A stretch of DNA of 64,000 nt from Planctomycetota bacterium (GTDB lineage Bacteria; Planctomycetota; MHYJ01; WSZJ01), in the NCBI GenBank assembly GCA_038060895.1, contig JBBTCT010000007.1, positions 196,023-260,022 on the forward strand. Direction: 5' to 3'. The position numbers and the translations under genes were made by a program. Under the pieces are notes generated by a model. That model was not told the DNA's origin. It did not search any database and saw only the letters and a list, made by a program, of their open reading frames with translations. Below are positions 28,405 through 37,645 of this stretch, piece after piece (within the stretch, counting starts at the first letter, position 1; each line of letters begins with the position of its first letter).

Positions 28405-29970
28405 TCAATGCCTGAAGTGCCGCATCCCCGTGATCACCATCGGCACCCCGGCCTTCTTCGCGACCTCGATCACGACGTCGTCCCGCATCGATCCGCCCGG
28501 CTGGATGACGCTGGTCACGCCGGCCTGAAGCGCGAGCTCCAGCGCATCGGGGAACGGGAAGAAGGCATCGCTCGCACAAGCCGCGCCCTTCGCGCGATCT
28601 CCGGCCTTCCAGCACGCGATGCGCGCGCTGTCCACTCGAGACATCTGCCCGGCGCCGACGCCGACGACCATGCGGTCCTTTGCGAAGACGATGGCGTTGG
28701 ACTTCACGTGCTTGCAGACGGTCCAGGCGAACTCAAGGTCGGCCCACTGGGCGTCGGTCGGCTTGCCGCACGGGTACTGGACTTCCGGTGACATAAGCGC
28801 GTCGTCCTTGGTCTGGAGGAGCGCGCCGCCGGTCACGGGACGGACGTCCACTCGCACCTGCCCGCCCGACTTCGTGATGTCCCCCGTCTCCATCAGCCGC
28901 ACGTTCTTGCCCCACTTGGCGCCGGTCTGAAGCTGCTTCAGCGCGTCCGGCGCGAAGCTCGGCGCGACGATTGCCTCGAAGAACTGGTTCGGCGCGGTCA
29001 TCGCCTTCGCCGCGGCCATGTCCACCGGGCGGTTGCACGCGACAATCCCGCCGAACGCGCTCACGGAATCGCCCTGCACGGCCTTGCCGAAGGCATCTTC
29101 AAGTGAAGCGCCCATCGCGCAGCCGCAGGGATTGTTGTGCTTGATGACGGCGACGGCGGGGGCGTCGGTGAATTCCCGGACGAGCTCGAGGGCGGCGTCG
29201 CAGTCGAGGATGTTGTTGAAGGAGAGTTCCTTGCCTGAAAGCTGGCGGGCGACACCGATGCCGGACTTCGCCGATGGGTCCCGGTAGAACGCGGCCTTCT
29301 GGTGCGGGTTTTCGCCGTACCTCAGGTCCTCAACCTTGGTCCACGACGCGGCTAGCGTCTTCGGGAAGGTTTCGGCGCCGTCCTGCCGGGCGAGCCAGGC
29401 CGAGATCGCCGCGTCGTACGCCGCCGTGCGCGAGAACGCCTCCTTCGCGAGGCGGAAGCGCATGTCCCGGGGCACTTCCCCGCCCGATTTCTTCATCGCC
29501 TCGGCCACTTCGGCATACTGCGCGGGGCTCGTCACGACGGCGACGTGCTCCCAGTTTTTCGACGCCGAACGGATCATCGCGGGGCCGCCGATGTCGATGT
29601 TCTCGATCGCGTCTTCGAGGGTGACGCCGGACTTCGCGACCGTTTCTTCGAAGCGGTACAGGTTGACGCACACGAGGTCGATGGTCCCGAATCTCTGTGC
29701 GGCCATCTGCTCGACGTGCTTCGGGTCGTCGCGCCGGGCGAGGATACCGCCGTGGACCTTGGGATGCAGGGTCTTGACGCGTCCGCCCAGGATCTCGGGC
29801 TGGCCGGTGTAGTCGGCAATCTCGACGACCTTGATGCCGCCGTCGGCCAGCACCTTCGCGGTGCCGCCGGTCGAGAGAAGCTCGACGCCCAGGGACACCA
29901 GCGTCTTCGCGAAATCGAGAAGGCCGGACTTGTCGGTGACGCTGAGGATCGCGCGCTGAACTTTTGCCAT
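28405..29970 (-). CDS. purH: Bifunctional AICAR transformylase / IMP cyclohydrolase
   Basis: AILSVTDKSG, GGRVKTLHPKVHGG, IDIGGPAM, LRYGENPHQ, KHNNPCG, SDAFFPF, RHFRH. Confidence 0.98.
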   Translation of the reverse strand: MAKVQRAILSVTDKSGLLDFAKTLVSLGVELLSTGGTAKVLADGGIKVVEIADYTGQPEILGGRVKTLHPKVHGGILARRDDPKHVEQMAAQRFGTIDLVCVNLYRFEETVAKSGVTLEDAIENIDIGGPAMIRSASKNWEHVAVVTSPAQYAEVAEAMKKSGGEVPRDMRFRLAKEAFSRTAAYDAAISAWLARQDGAETFPKTLAASWTKVEDLRYGENPHQKAAFYRDPSAKSGIGVARQLSGKELSFNNILDCDAALELVREFTDAPAVAVIKHNNPCGCAMGASLEDAFGKAVQGDSVSAFGGIVACNRPVDMAAAKAMTAPNQFFEAIVAPSFAPDALKQLQTGAKWGKNVRLMETGDITKSGGQVRVDVRPVTGGALLQTKDDALMSPEVQYPCGKPTDAQWADLEFAWTVCKHVKSNAIVFAKDRMVVGVGAGQMSRVDSARIACWKAGDRAKGAACASDAFFPFPDALELALQAGVTSVIQPGGSMRDDVVIEVAKKAGVPMVITGMRHFRH

Positions 29971-30067
29971 CGGTGCCATTCCTTTCCTGCTCCCGCGTTG
30001 CGACGGAGCGCGCGGATTGAAATTCACCGCGGCGATTTCGGGAAAGGAAATGCGGAAGGCGTCCCTT

Positions 30068-30652
30068 CTAATCCACGCGGAACGTCACTTCCCCCTCGAT
30101 CTTCGTCTTCTCCTTGTCCCCGCGCTTGATGGTCAGGACCATCACGTACTCCCCCTTCTTCAGCATCGCCTTCACCGTCGCGACTTTCTTCTCCCCGCCG
30201 ATCGACGCGTCCTGGATCTTTCCTTCATCGTCCGAAACGAATTCGCCGTCCTTCGAGGAGCCGTGGGACAGCTTCGCCTGGGCGCCTGCGACGTCCGTCA
30301 CGCGCACCTCGTCCGGCTTCGCGTCCTTGTCCACCACAATCTGGAACACCTCGATGTCCAGCGCCGCTTCCGATCCGCCCTTGACGGTCCCTTTCACGGC
30401 ACGGACCACGATCTTGTAGTCTCCGACCATCTTTCCGCAGGTCAGCCGGTCCTTTTCGCAGTAGGGACACGACTTCTCGGTATCCGCCGTCTGGGTCCAG
30501 TTGTCCTTCGCGCACGGGCACCAGTACACCGTTACCTGGTCCGTGCCCAGGATCTCGCGGTTGTCGGGTTTGACTTTTTCGTCGGCCGAGGTGGGAAGGG
30601 TTGCCGCCAGGGCGGCAACGGCCAGGGCGAAGCGCAGGAAATGGCGGGGCAT
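30068..30652 (-). CDS. Secreted protein with Cys-rich putative metal-binding motif
   Basis: Signal peptide; YWCPC...CPYC...CGKM. Confidence 0.6.
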   Translation of the reverse strand: MPRHFLRFALAVAALAATLPTSADEKVKPDNREILGTDQVTVYWCPCAKDNWTQTADTEKSCPYCEKDRLTCGKMVGDYKIVVRAVKGTVKGGSEAALDIEVFQIVVDKDAKPDEVRVTDVAGAQAKLSHGSSKDGEFVSDDEGKIQDASIGGEKKVATVKAMLKKGEYVMVLTIKRGDKEKTKIEGEVTFRVD

Positions 30653-30685
30653 GGAAGGCTCCTTGCGAAGTGAAGGTTCCTGATT

Positions 30686-32596
30686 CTACCGTTTCTCGGT
30701 CAGCATGGACTCCAACGCCGCTTCAGCGACGTAAATTTCGTCGTTCTGGGCCATCGACAGAAGATTGATCCGTCTCTCGCGCGAGCGGTTGCGGCCGATG
30801 GCGTCGGCGGCGCGATAACGCACCAGCATGGAAGGGTCTTTCAGGACGTATTCGCCGAGGGCCATGAAGGCGTCGTGGGAGCCGGCCGCTCCCAGGGCGT
30901 CCATGGCGAGTGCCCGGACTCCGGTTTCCGGGTGGGTGGCCGCGACTTTCAGGTCCGGGAGGGCCTTGGCGGCTGCGGCATCGAGCTCGTACCAGCGGGC
31001 GGTGTTCAGAGTCGCACCCTTGCGAATCGACTCGAACTCCTCGGCTTGCTGGCGGAGTTGTCTCTGCAGTTCTCCTTCGGCGGTCGCGACCTTGAACACT
31101 GTTCCGGCCAGCATTGCGAAGCCCGCAAACGCAAGCGCGCCTGCCGCACGCCGTAGTCCCCGGCCGCGCAGAAAGACGACGCCCGCGGCGACCCAGAGAC
31201 CGTAGCTGCCGAGGAGCACGGCCGGACCGAGGAATACGACTAGCGAATTAGCCAGTCTCGCCACGTCGCGCAGGGAATGGCGGCGGTCGGCGCGCGCGTT
31301 GGCGGCGTTCAGGGCGGCGTTGAAGATGTTCACGCGCGCGTCGCCGCTCTTTGCAAGCGCCTCGGCCTGCATGAACTGGCCGCTCGACGCTTCCGGAAAT
31401 ATTTTCTCGAGTTCCCCGCGCGACATCGCCATGAATTCCAGCGACCGCATCGGGTCCGACGCCTTCAGCTCCCGGGCCGCCTCGAGGACCCACGGGCCGC
31501 CGTCCTCGTTGTAGACGAGCAGGGTATAGCCCCGGCCGCGCGCGAGTTTCAGGAAGTCTTCCTTGTTCTGCGCCATGGCGCCCGCGAACCGGTATTCGGT
31601 CACCGGAAATCCGCGGGGGATCGGCCCGGCAAACAGCAGCGTATTGCGCGTGTTCAGCTCCGGCGGACGGAGCGCGAATGAGGAAAGCGCCGTGTGGCGA
31701 TAGTAAAACGTGGCGAGCGTCTCGCCGGCCCTCGTCCCGTAGAGCGCGCGGTCGCGGATGCCGCGGTAGACGTCGCTTCCGCTCAGCAATGTCGCGGGGA
31801 CCCCGGCCGAAAGGACCACGGCGGCCACGCCGATCGCCCAGCGCTTGCCGTGCGCGGGGGCGCGGCCGCTGGCGAGTAGAGCGCGAAATCCGGCGTAGAC
31901 GGCCCACGCGGTGAGCGGAGCGAGTACGCCGGCCACGAGCCCCGGCACCGCGACGCCCGGCGAGACAAGCGCCATCGGGAAAACGATGCACGCGGTGAGC
32001 AGCGCGGGAAGATTCCAGCGCGACACGCCGGGGAGCAGTTCTCCCAGCGCAAACACGAGGCAGAGCGGAATCGCCACGAAAAACGCCAGCGCCGCCGCGG
32101 GTATGAACGCCGCCTGCGCCACCGGCGCCTCACGAACCCGCGCCGCCGTCGGTGCCCGCGAAGTCTCCAACCGTTCCTCGAAGAGCGCCTGCTTCTTCTC
32201 CCACTCCAGTTTCGCGTCGCGACACAGCGGCACCGTGAAAATGAACAGCACGGCAGTCGCCAGCACCCAGGCGAGCACCCCGCTCACCGCCGCCCGCGCC
32301 AGCGCCGTGAGCCCGGACCCGGGGATGCCCTTCCCCTGCAAGTCGTCAAGACGGGCTTCCAGGAAGCGTCGGCTTGCGGGCGACGGGCCGAACGCCGTGG
32401 CGTCCCAGGTCCCCTTTCCTTCCGCCCAACGCGCCATGATTTCGTGTTTCCGCACGTCGGGGTGGAACGCACCGGCCGCGCCCCGCCGGAACACCAGTGG
32501 CGACGGCTCTTCGTAGCCCAGCCGAAGCGCCGACTCGCGGGCTGCTTTCTCCCAGGCGTCACGGTCGGGCGCGGGCTCTTCGCGAATGGCCTTCAA
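30686..32596 (-). CDS. Multi-pass membrane protein with C-terminal HEAT repeats
   Basis: Several hydrophobic helices; HPETGVRALAMDALG, DPSMLVRYRAADAIG. Confidence 0.7.
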   Translation of the reverse strand: MKAIREEPAPDRDAWEKAARESALRLGYEEPSPLVFRRGAAGAFHPDVRKHEIMARWAEGKGTWDATAFGPSPASRRFLEARLDDLQGKGIPGSGLTALARAAVSGVLAWVLATAVLFIFTVPLCRDAKLEWEKKQALFEERLETSRAPTAARVREAPVAQAAFIPAAALAFFVAIPLCLVFALGELLPGVSRWNLPALLTACIVFPMALVSPGVAVPGLVAGVLAPLTAWAVYAGFRALLASGRAPAHGKRWAIGVAAVVLSAGVPATLLSGSDVYRGIRDRALYGTRAGETLATFYYRHTALSSFALRPPELNTRNTLLFAGPIPRGFPVTEYRFAGAMAQNKEDFLKLARGRGYTLLVYNEDGGPWVLEAARELKASDPMRSLEFMAMSRGELEKIFPEASSGQFMQAEALAKSGDARVNIFNAALNAANARADRRHSLRDVARLANSLVVFLGPAVLLGSYGLWVAAGVVFLRGRGLRRAAGALAFAGFAMLAGTVFKVATAEGELQRQLRQQAEEFESIRKGATLNTARWYELDAAAAKALPDLKVAATHPETGVRALAMDALGAAGSHDAFMALGEYVLKDPSMLVRYRAADAIGRNRSRERRINLLSMAQNDEIYVAEAALESMLTEKR

Positions 32597-32600
32597 GGTT

Positions 32601-33563
32601 CTATTGGCGGTGGCTGAGAATCATGTACAGGATGAATGCGACGATCCCGCCGACCACGGCGAGAACCGCGATGAGGACCACCAGCTTGTCGTACTTTCCG
32701 ACCGGGTGCTCCCCCTTCACGATCTGCCCCGTGAACCCGTTCACGAGCAGGCGGTAGTTTTTCCCCTCGTAGGTGTACTGCCAGATCCAGAGGGGAAGGT
32801 GCACGAGGTGCGTCCCGTCGATCGAGATCTGCGTATCGCAGTCGGTCAGCGTCGAGACGCGGCCGTCGGCGATGGCGCGGTTGTAGCGCACCAGCTGTCC
32901 GCGCGCTTCTTCTTCGGCCTGCTGCTGATTGATCTGGCCGTTCTTGATCGACATCTTCTCGGGAATCTCCTTCACGTTGAACTTCGTCGCGCCCTGCAGA
33001 AGGTTGACGCCCGTTGAGTTTTCGTTTCCCAGCCCGAAGCTCAGGAAGAATCCGCCCCAGTCCGCGGCCGTCTTGAGCGCGCCGGGATTGAGCGCATCGA
33101 TCCCGAACCACTCCTCCCCGCGCCGCGCGTACACCGACCAGTTGTGGGTGTTCTCAAAATTCCCGCTCGCCGGTTCCCAGTACGTCTCCGTCCGCGAGTT
33201 CTTCCCGAACCCGACGGTGCGCGTCCTCCGGTTCTGGCCGCTCCACTGCGTGAAGCTGCGGCAGGCGACGACCCAGAACGGGAGAACGATCCCGTCGCGC
33301 CCCTGGAACGCCGCGCGCTCGGGGAGATCCTTGGGCTTGAAGAAGCCCTCGCCCATCCACTTCTTGATCGTGGCGGTCATCACGTTTTCGTCGGCCTTGG
33401 GAACGAGGCAGAAGTGCTTTTCCACGGCGACGATGTTTCCCATGCCGGCAAGCATGACGGTCGAACCGCAGTACCCGCAGGTGAGAGTCGCCTCGCCGGA
33501 GAGGTAGTCGACGGGGGCGCCGCAGGATTTGCATTGGAGTTGCTGGCGGACGGCATCGGTCAC
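32601..33563 (-). CDS. Zinc-ribbon protein with C-terminal membrane anchor
   Basis: CKSCGA...CGYCG, LPFW, HLPLW...YEGKNY..LVNGFTG.I.G..P, C-terminal TM; start reassigned to GTG 33563. Confidence 0.75.
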   Translation of the reverse strand: MTDAVRQQLQCKSCGAPVDYLSGEATLTCGYCGSTVMLAGMGNIVAVEKHFCLVPKADENVMTATIKKWMGEGFFKPKDLPERAAFQGRDGIVLPFWVVACRSFTQWSGQNRRTRTVGFGKNSRTETYWEPASGNFENTHNWSVYARRGEEWFGIDALNPGALKTAADWGGFFLSFGLGNENSTGVNLLQGATKFNVKEIPEKMSIKNGQINQQQAEEEARGQLVRYNRAIADGRVSTLTDCDTQISIDGTHLVHLPLWIWQYTYEGKNYRLLVNGFTGQIVKGEHPVGKYDKLVVLIAVLAVVGGIVAFILYMILSHRQ

Positions 33564-33651
33564 GTGGGGAATCTCCAAACGGTAGGCGGCGGATTGTACT
33601 GCAGGATTTGGAGAGTGGAACCCAACGCTGGCGGGCCGGGCCGCCCCCGGG

Positions 33652-33686
33652 AAAACAACCGGGGCCGGCTCATGAGCCGGCCCCGG
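33652..33686 (-). terminator. Intrinsic terminator
   Basis: Palindrome ccggggccggctca/tgagccggccccgg followed on minus strand by TTGTTTT. Confidence 0.65.
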
Positions 33687-33709
33687 ATTTCGTTTCGCTT
33701 CCCTGCGGC

Positions 33710-35074
33710 CTACTGGAACTTGAACGTCCTCTGGTTGTCTCTCCACCACTTCTTCCACTCGTTCCAGTCCTCGCCGTAGTCCTCCCCCGTGAGCTTGTTG
33801 AGCGAACGCTTGCATTCTTCGCGCAGGCCGCCGCCGCCGCCGGGGCCGCGCCCTCCCTTTCCCTTGAACTTGAACGGGAGGTCGATGAGGAAGTCGATCA
33901 CGTCCTTGTGCTTCATGTTGCCGAGCGCGCGGATGCGCGCCCTGCTGACGTCCTGGGACGCCACGTCGAGGATGCTGTCCTCGGCCGGGCCCACGGCACG
34001 CAGGTCGCCGGTCTCGCCGATCGCGTCCCACGCCTTGATCACGAGCTTGTTGTTCGCTTCCGTCTTGATCCACGCCAGCACCACCGGCAGGCCGTTTTTC
34101 GCGTCGAGCTGGAGAATCGGGGCAATCACCATGTCCTTGAGCTTCACGCTCGGATCCTTGAGCGCCAGCGTCAGCGGTTTCACGACCTTCGGGTCCTTCG
34201 AGTCGATCAGCCTCTGCGCCGCGTCGCACTTGTCCTGCTCGACACTTCCTTTCATCGCCGCCTCATACGAAGCGATGTCTCGCTCCAGCTTCTTCGCGGG
34301 ATCGATGTTCTGCCCTGCCGCGAACTTGTCCACCGCGCCGTTCATCGCCGTCGCCAGTTCAGCGGTGTCGAGGAAGCCGCAGCGGCCGAGTTCCGCACCT
34401 TCGAGATCGACGAAGATGAAGCCCGGGACGACCTGCGGCTTGAACTTGTCCCAGACCTCGGCAACGTCCTTCCCTGCGGCCACGCAGACGAACTTCTTCG
34501 CGGGCGCCGCGCACGCCGGGTCGGTGAACTGGGGGAATTTCAGGTTCAACTCGCGCGGCGGCGTCGCCGTGTCGTGCACGAAAATCAGAAGCGGCCGCTG
34601 GCGTTCTTTCGACTTCGACTTCGCGTCCGCGTACGTCGCCTCCCACATGAACTTCCGGCTCGCCAGCTCTTCGTCCCAGGAAGCGCGGATGCCCGCGAGG
34701 AAGTCGAGCATCTTGTCGGGGTTCGCTTCCGGAATCTCGCCGCGGGGGACCATCCGGAACTCTTTCCCCTCCGGGCTGATGACACGCAGTTGCGGCATGT
34801 CGTCGATCTTCCACCGGTAATGGCAACTCGCGGCTTCGTTGGCCTCGAGCTTGACGGCGGACCAGTTTTCGAGCTCGGTCTGGACCGCAATGTTAGGCCA
34901 TACTTTTTCGTTCAGCCCCTTGCAGACGTGGCACGTCGGGCTCCAGATGTAGACAAGCATGAGCTTGTTCTTGGCCTTCGACTCCTTTTCGCCCTCCTCC
35001 AGGTTGGTGCCGAAGTCGGCACGAGCGGCGGAAGCGGCGGCGAGAAGGGCGGTGACGGTCAGAAGGCGACGCAT
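33710..35074 (-). CDS. Secreted protein with thioredoxin-like folds and HEAT repeats
   Basis: Signal peptide MRRLL...ARA, WSPTCHVCK (CxxC), second Trx-like segment, C-terminal LTGEDYGEDWNEWKKWW. Confidence 0.75.
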   Translation of the reverse strand: MRRLLTVTALLAAASAARADFGTNLEEGEKESKAKNKLMLVYIWSPTCHVCKGLNEKVWPNIAVQTELENWSAVKLEANEAASCHYRWKIDDMPQLRVISPEGKEFRMVPRGEIPEANPDKMLDFLAGIRASWDEELASRKFMWEATYADAKSKSKERQRPLLIFVHDTATPPRELNLKFPQFTDPACAAPAKKFVCVAAGKDVAEVWDKFKPQVVPGFIFVDLEGAELGRCGFLDTAELATAMNGAVDKFAAGQNIDPAKKLERDIASYEAAMKGSVEQDKCDAAQRLIDSKDPKVVKPLTLALKDPSVKLKDMVIAPILQLDAKNGLPVVLAWIKTEANNKLVIKAWDAIGETGDLRAVGPAEDSILDVASQDVSRARIRALGNMKHKDVIDFLIDLPFKFKGKGGRGPGGGGGLREECKRSLNKLTGEDYGEDWNEWKKWWRDNQRTFKFQ

Positions 35075-35325
35075 GCGGATCTCCCTTGGTGGACGCAGTG
35101 AGGGCGTGTCGGTATAACCCAGCAGATCTACGAAAGTTGTGTCGGTGCGAAAGGAAAAAAGCGGGAAAGGACCGGCTTCCCTTTCGTAACTCCGGGATTT
35201 ACGCAAGTTGACTTCGAACAACATCTTACGTCTCAACGCTCGGGGTACAGCTCTTCCGCGACTTCCAAAAGGACGTCGCAACAGCTCCTAACATTACACG
35301 AACTTCGTTATTCAAGCGCCCCGCC

Positions 35326-35850
35326 TTGACCCTTCACCTCCCGCAACCGTCTGACTCTCCGGACGAACTCCTCGCGGGGCGCGCCCAGGGCGGCGACCGG
35401 ATCGCGTTCGAAGCGCTGGTCCTCCGCTACCTCGGGCCTGCCCGGGCTTTCTGCTCCAAGCTCCTGAGAGATCCGGTCCTGGCGGAAGACGCGTGCCAGG
35501 AAGGATTCCTCAAAGCGTGGCGCGGATTGCCGGGATTTCGCGGGGAAGCGAAGTTCAGGACGTGGTTGTGGCGGATCCTCGTCAACACTGCCAATGATCT
35601 GCGAAAGCCGAAGCCCGAATCGATCGGCGATCGCGAGTTTGAAGCGGTGCCGGAGCGGGACGTGGCCGCGGAAGACGCCGTCGCCCGCGCAGTGACGGCT
35701 CTTCCGGATCGACAACGCGAAGTCCTTCTGATGAGGGCGGAGTTGGGACTGGACCTGGAGGAGATCGCTGCGGCGCTGGGGATCACGTACGACGCGGCCA
35801 AGGCGAACCTGAGCCTGGCCCGGAAAAAGCTGAAGGAGTTGCTGGCATGA
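35326..35850 (+). CDS. ECF RNA polymerase sigma factor
   Basis: AEDACQEGFLKAW, FRTWLWRILVN (region 2); LPDRQREVLLMR...EEIAAALG (region 4). Confidence 0.93.
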   Translation: MTLHLPQPSDSPDELLAGRAQGGDRIAFEALVLRYLGPARAFCSKLLRDPVLAEDACQEGFLKAWRGLPGFRGEAKFRTWLWRILVNTANDLRKPKPESIGDREFEAVPERDVAAEDAVARAVTALPDRQREVLLMRAELGLDLEEIAAALGITYDAAKANLSLARKKLKELLA

Positions 35851-37568
35851 CGTGCGAAGAATTCCTGGAACTCTGGGACCGCGGCGACCGCTCGCCCGAA
35901 GTCGCGGCGCACGTCGCCTCGTGCCCCGAGTGCCGCTCGGTCCTCGCCGTCGATGGCCGCGTCCGCAGCTGGCAGCCCGCGATGCCGATGCCGACCGAAA
36001 CCCAGTTCCTTGAATCGTTGCGCTCGAAACTCGAAGGACGCCCTGCCCCACGACTCCGCGGTCCCCGTCCATCCGCGTCCGGCCCCGGGACCTGGCTCCG
36101 CTTCGCCGCCGCTGCAGTTCTCCTGGCAGCCATGGGGGCCGCGTTTCTCCTCGGGCGCGCAAGCCGGCCGCCGGAGAAAGCCGCCCCCCGGCCGATCGCC
36201 GACGCGCCCCGACCGGCACCTGTTCCGCAACCTGTCGAATCGCCGGCCGGAACGGGCGAGATCAAACCCAAGCCGCTTCCCGACCCCAAAGCGGAATTCC
36301 GCGAACGCCTCATGGCGGCGGCGGCCGGCGCGGGACGGGACGCATTCCTGCTCCAGGTAAAAGGCGGAATGGACCGCGCCCGGTGGATCGCCGCGTTCCG
36401 GTCGAGCGACGAGAAAGAGCGCGGCGCGGCGGTCACGATCGCGACGATCCTGAAAGACGCCGCGCTCGCTCCCGACCTGGCCGCAGCGGCCGCGCGCGGA
36501 GACCAGTCCGCAATCAAGGCCCTCGGCGAAATCGGCGGACCCGAGTCCGTCGCAGTCCTCGCTTCCCTCGCCGGAGTTCCCTCCCGGCGCGCTTCGGTAG
36601 AGGAAGCGCTGGCGGCGACGGGACGGCCGGAGGCAGGGGAAGCGCTGGCGGCGATCGGGGCCTGGGACAACGAAGCTGCCTGGCGGCGGCTCGGCGAAAC
36701 GGCCGCCCCTGCGATCGTTTCGCGCCTGAAATCGAGTGGCGGAACCAGGTATTCGGCGATCCGGGCCGCGGAGTGGGCGCGGGCCAAGGGCGCCGTGCCC
36801 GAACTGACGAAGCTGCTCGCGAAGCGGGAGACCGCACCTGCCGCTGCGCGCGCGCTTTCGGCGATCGGCGGCTGGAAGGCAGCAGGAGCGCTCGCCGCCG
36901 TGGCGGATGACTTCGACACGGAGATGATCGAGCTGCTGAAAAAAACGGAGGGCGGGCGCGCGGCTGTGGAACGCCGGCTCCTCGACGTCCGGGTGAGCGC
37001 GACGGACCGGACGCGCGCGGCTCGGACGCTCGTGGCTATGGGCGACCACGCCGCCGAGGCCGCTCTCATGGACGCGCTCGACAGCCCGGAGATACGCGCT
37101 GAAGCCGCGCGCGCGCTCGGCGACTTCAAGTGCGAAGCCGCCGTTGCGGACCTCGTCAGCATCCTCGACGAACGGCGCTGCCGCGACGCGGCGGCGGAGG
37201 CGCTGGCGAAAATCGGAAGCGTCAAGGCGATCCCCGCACTCATCGCGGCATCCCGCGACCGCTCCTTCTATGAAGAGGCGACGCGCGCGATCGCGACGAT
37301 CGGATCGCCTGAAGCCGTCCCTCACCTGATCTCCGCGCTGAAAGACCGGGACCTGTCCTCATTGGCCACCACGGCTCTCGGCGCCATCAAGGATGCCCGC
37401 GCCATCCTGCCCCTCATCGGCGCTCTCGAGGGCCCGAACGCCGGCGAAGCCTTCAAGGCGCTTCAGTCGATCACCGGCGAAAAACTGCCCTCGCGCCAGG
37501 ACGCTTGGGTGCGCTGGTGGAAGGCGCGCTCGAAAAATGGACGGACGTTTGACCTTCAGTGCTTCTGA
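35847..37568 (+). CDS. Putative anti-sigma factor: zinc-finger (HxxxCxxC), TM helix, HEAT repeats
   Basis: MTCEEF...HVASCPEC, single TM, many HEAT repeats; ATGA overlap with the sigma gene. Confidence 0.85.
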   Translation: MTCEEFLELWDRGDRSPEVAAHVASCPECRSVLAVDGRVRSWQPAMPMPTETQFLESLRSKLEGRPAPRLRGPRPSASGPGTWLRFAAAAVLLAAMGAAFLLGRASRPPEKAAPRPIADAPRPAPVPQPVESPAGTGEIKPKPLPDPKAEFRERLMAAAAGAGRDAFLLQVKGGMDRARWIAAFRSSDEKERGAAVTIATILKDAALAPDLAAAAARGDQSAIKALGEIGGPESVAVLASLAGVPSRRASVEEALAATGRPEAGEALAAIGAWDNEAAWRRLGETAAPAIVSRLKSSGGTRYSAIRAAEWARAKGAVPELTKLLAKRETAPAAARALSAIGGWKAAGALAAVADDFDTEMIELLKKTEGGRAAVERRLLDVRVSATDRTRAARTLVAMGDHAAEAALMDALDSPEIRAEAARALGDFKCEAAVADLVSILDERRCRDAAAEALAKIGSVKAIPALIAASRDRSFYEEATRAIATIGSPEAVPHLISALKDRDLSSLATTALGAIKDARAILPLIGALEGPNAGEAFKALQSITGEKLPSRQDAWVRWWKARSKNGRTFDLQCF

Positions 37569-37645
37569 ACGGTCTGACCTGCTGACCGGGAAATCGCCAA
37601 AACAATCGCCGGCTTCCGGGGGGAACCGGCACAGGGAGAATCACA

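Noticed and set aside
29971-30067. Possible ZTP (pfl) riboswitch upstream of purH
   Set aside because: The conserved GACUGGCG and CGCCUGGG elements are not present in the short intergenic region.
35080-35325. Candidate ECF promoter motifs and acagctc repeat in the divergent intergenic region
   Set aside because: Could not find a matching motif upstream of the secretin-like genes; too weak to call.
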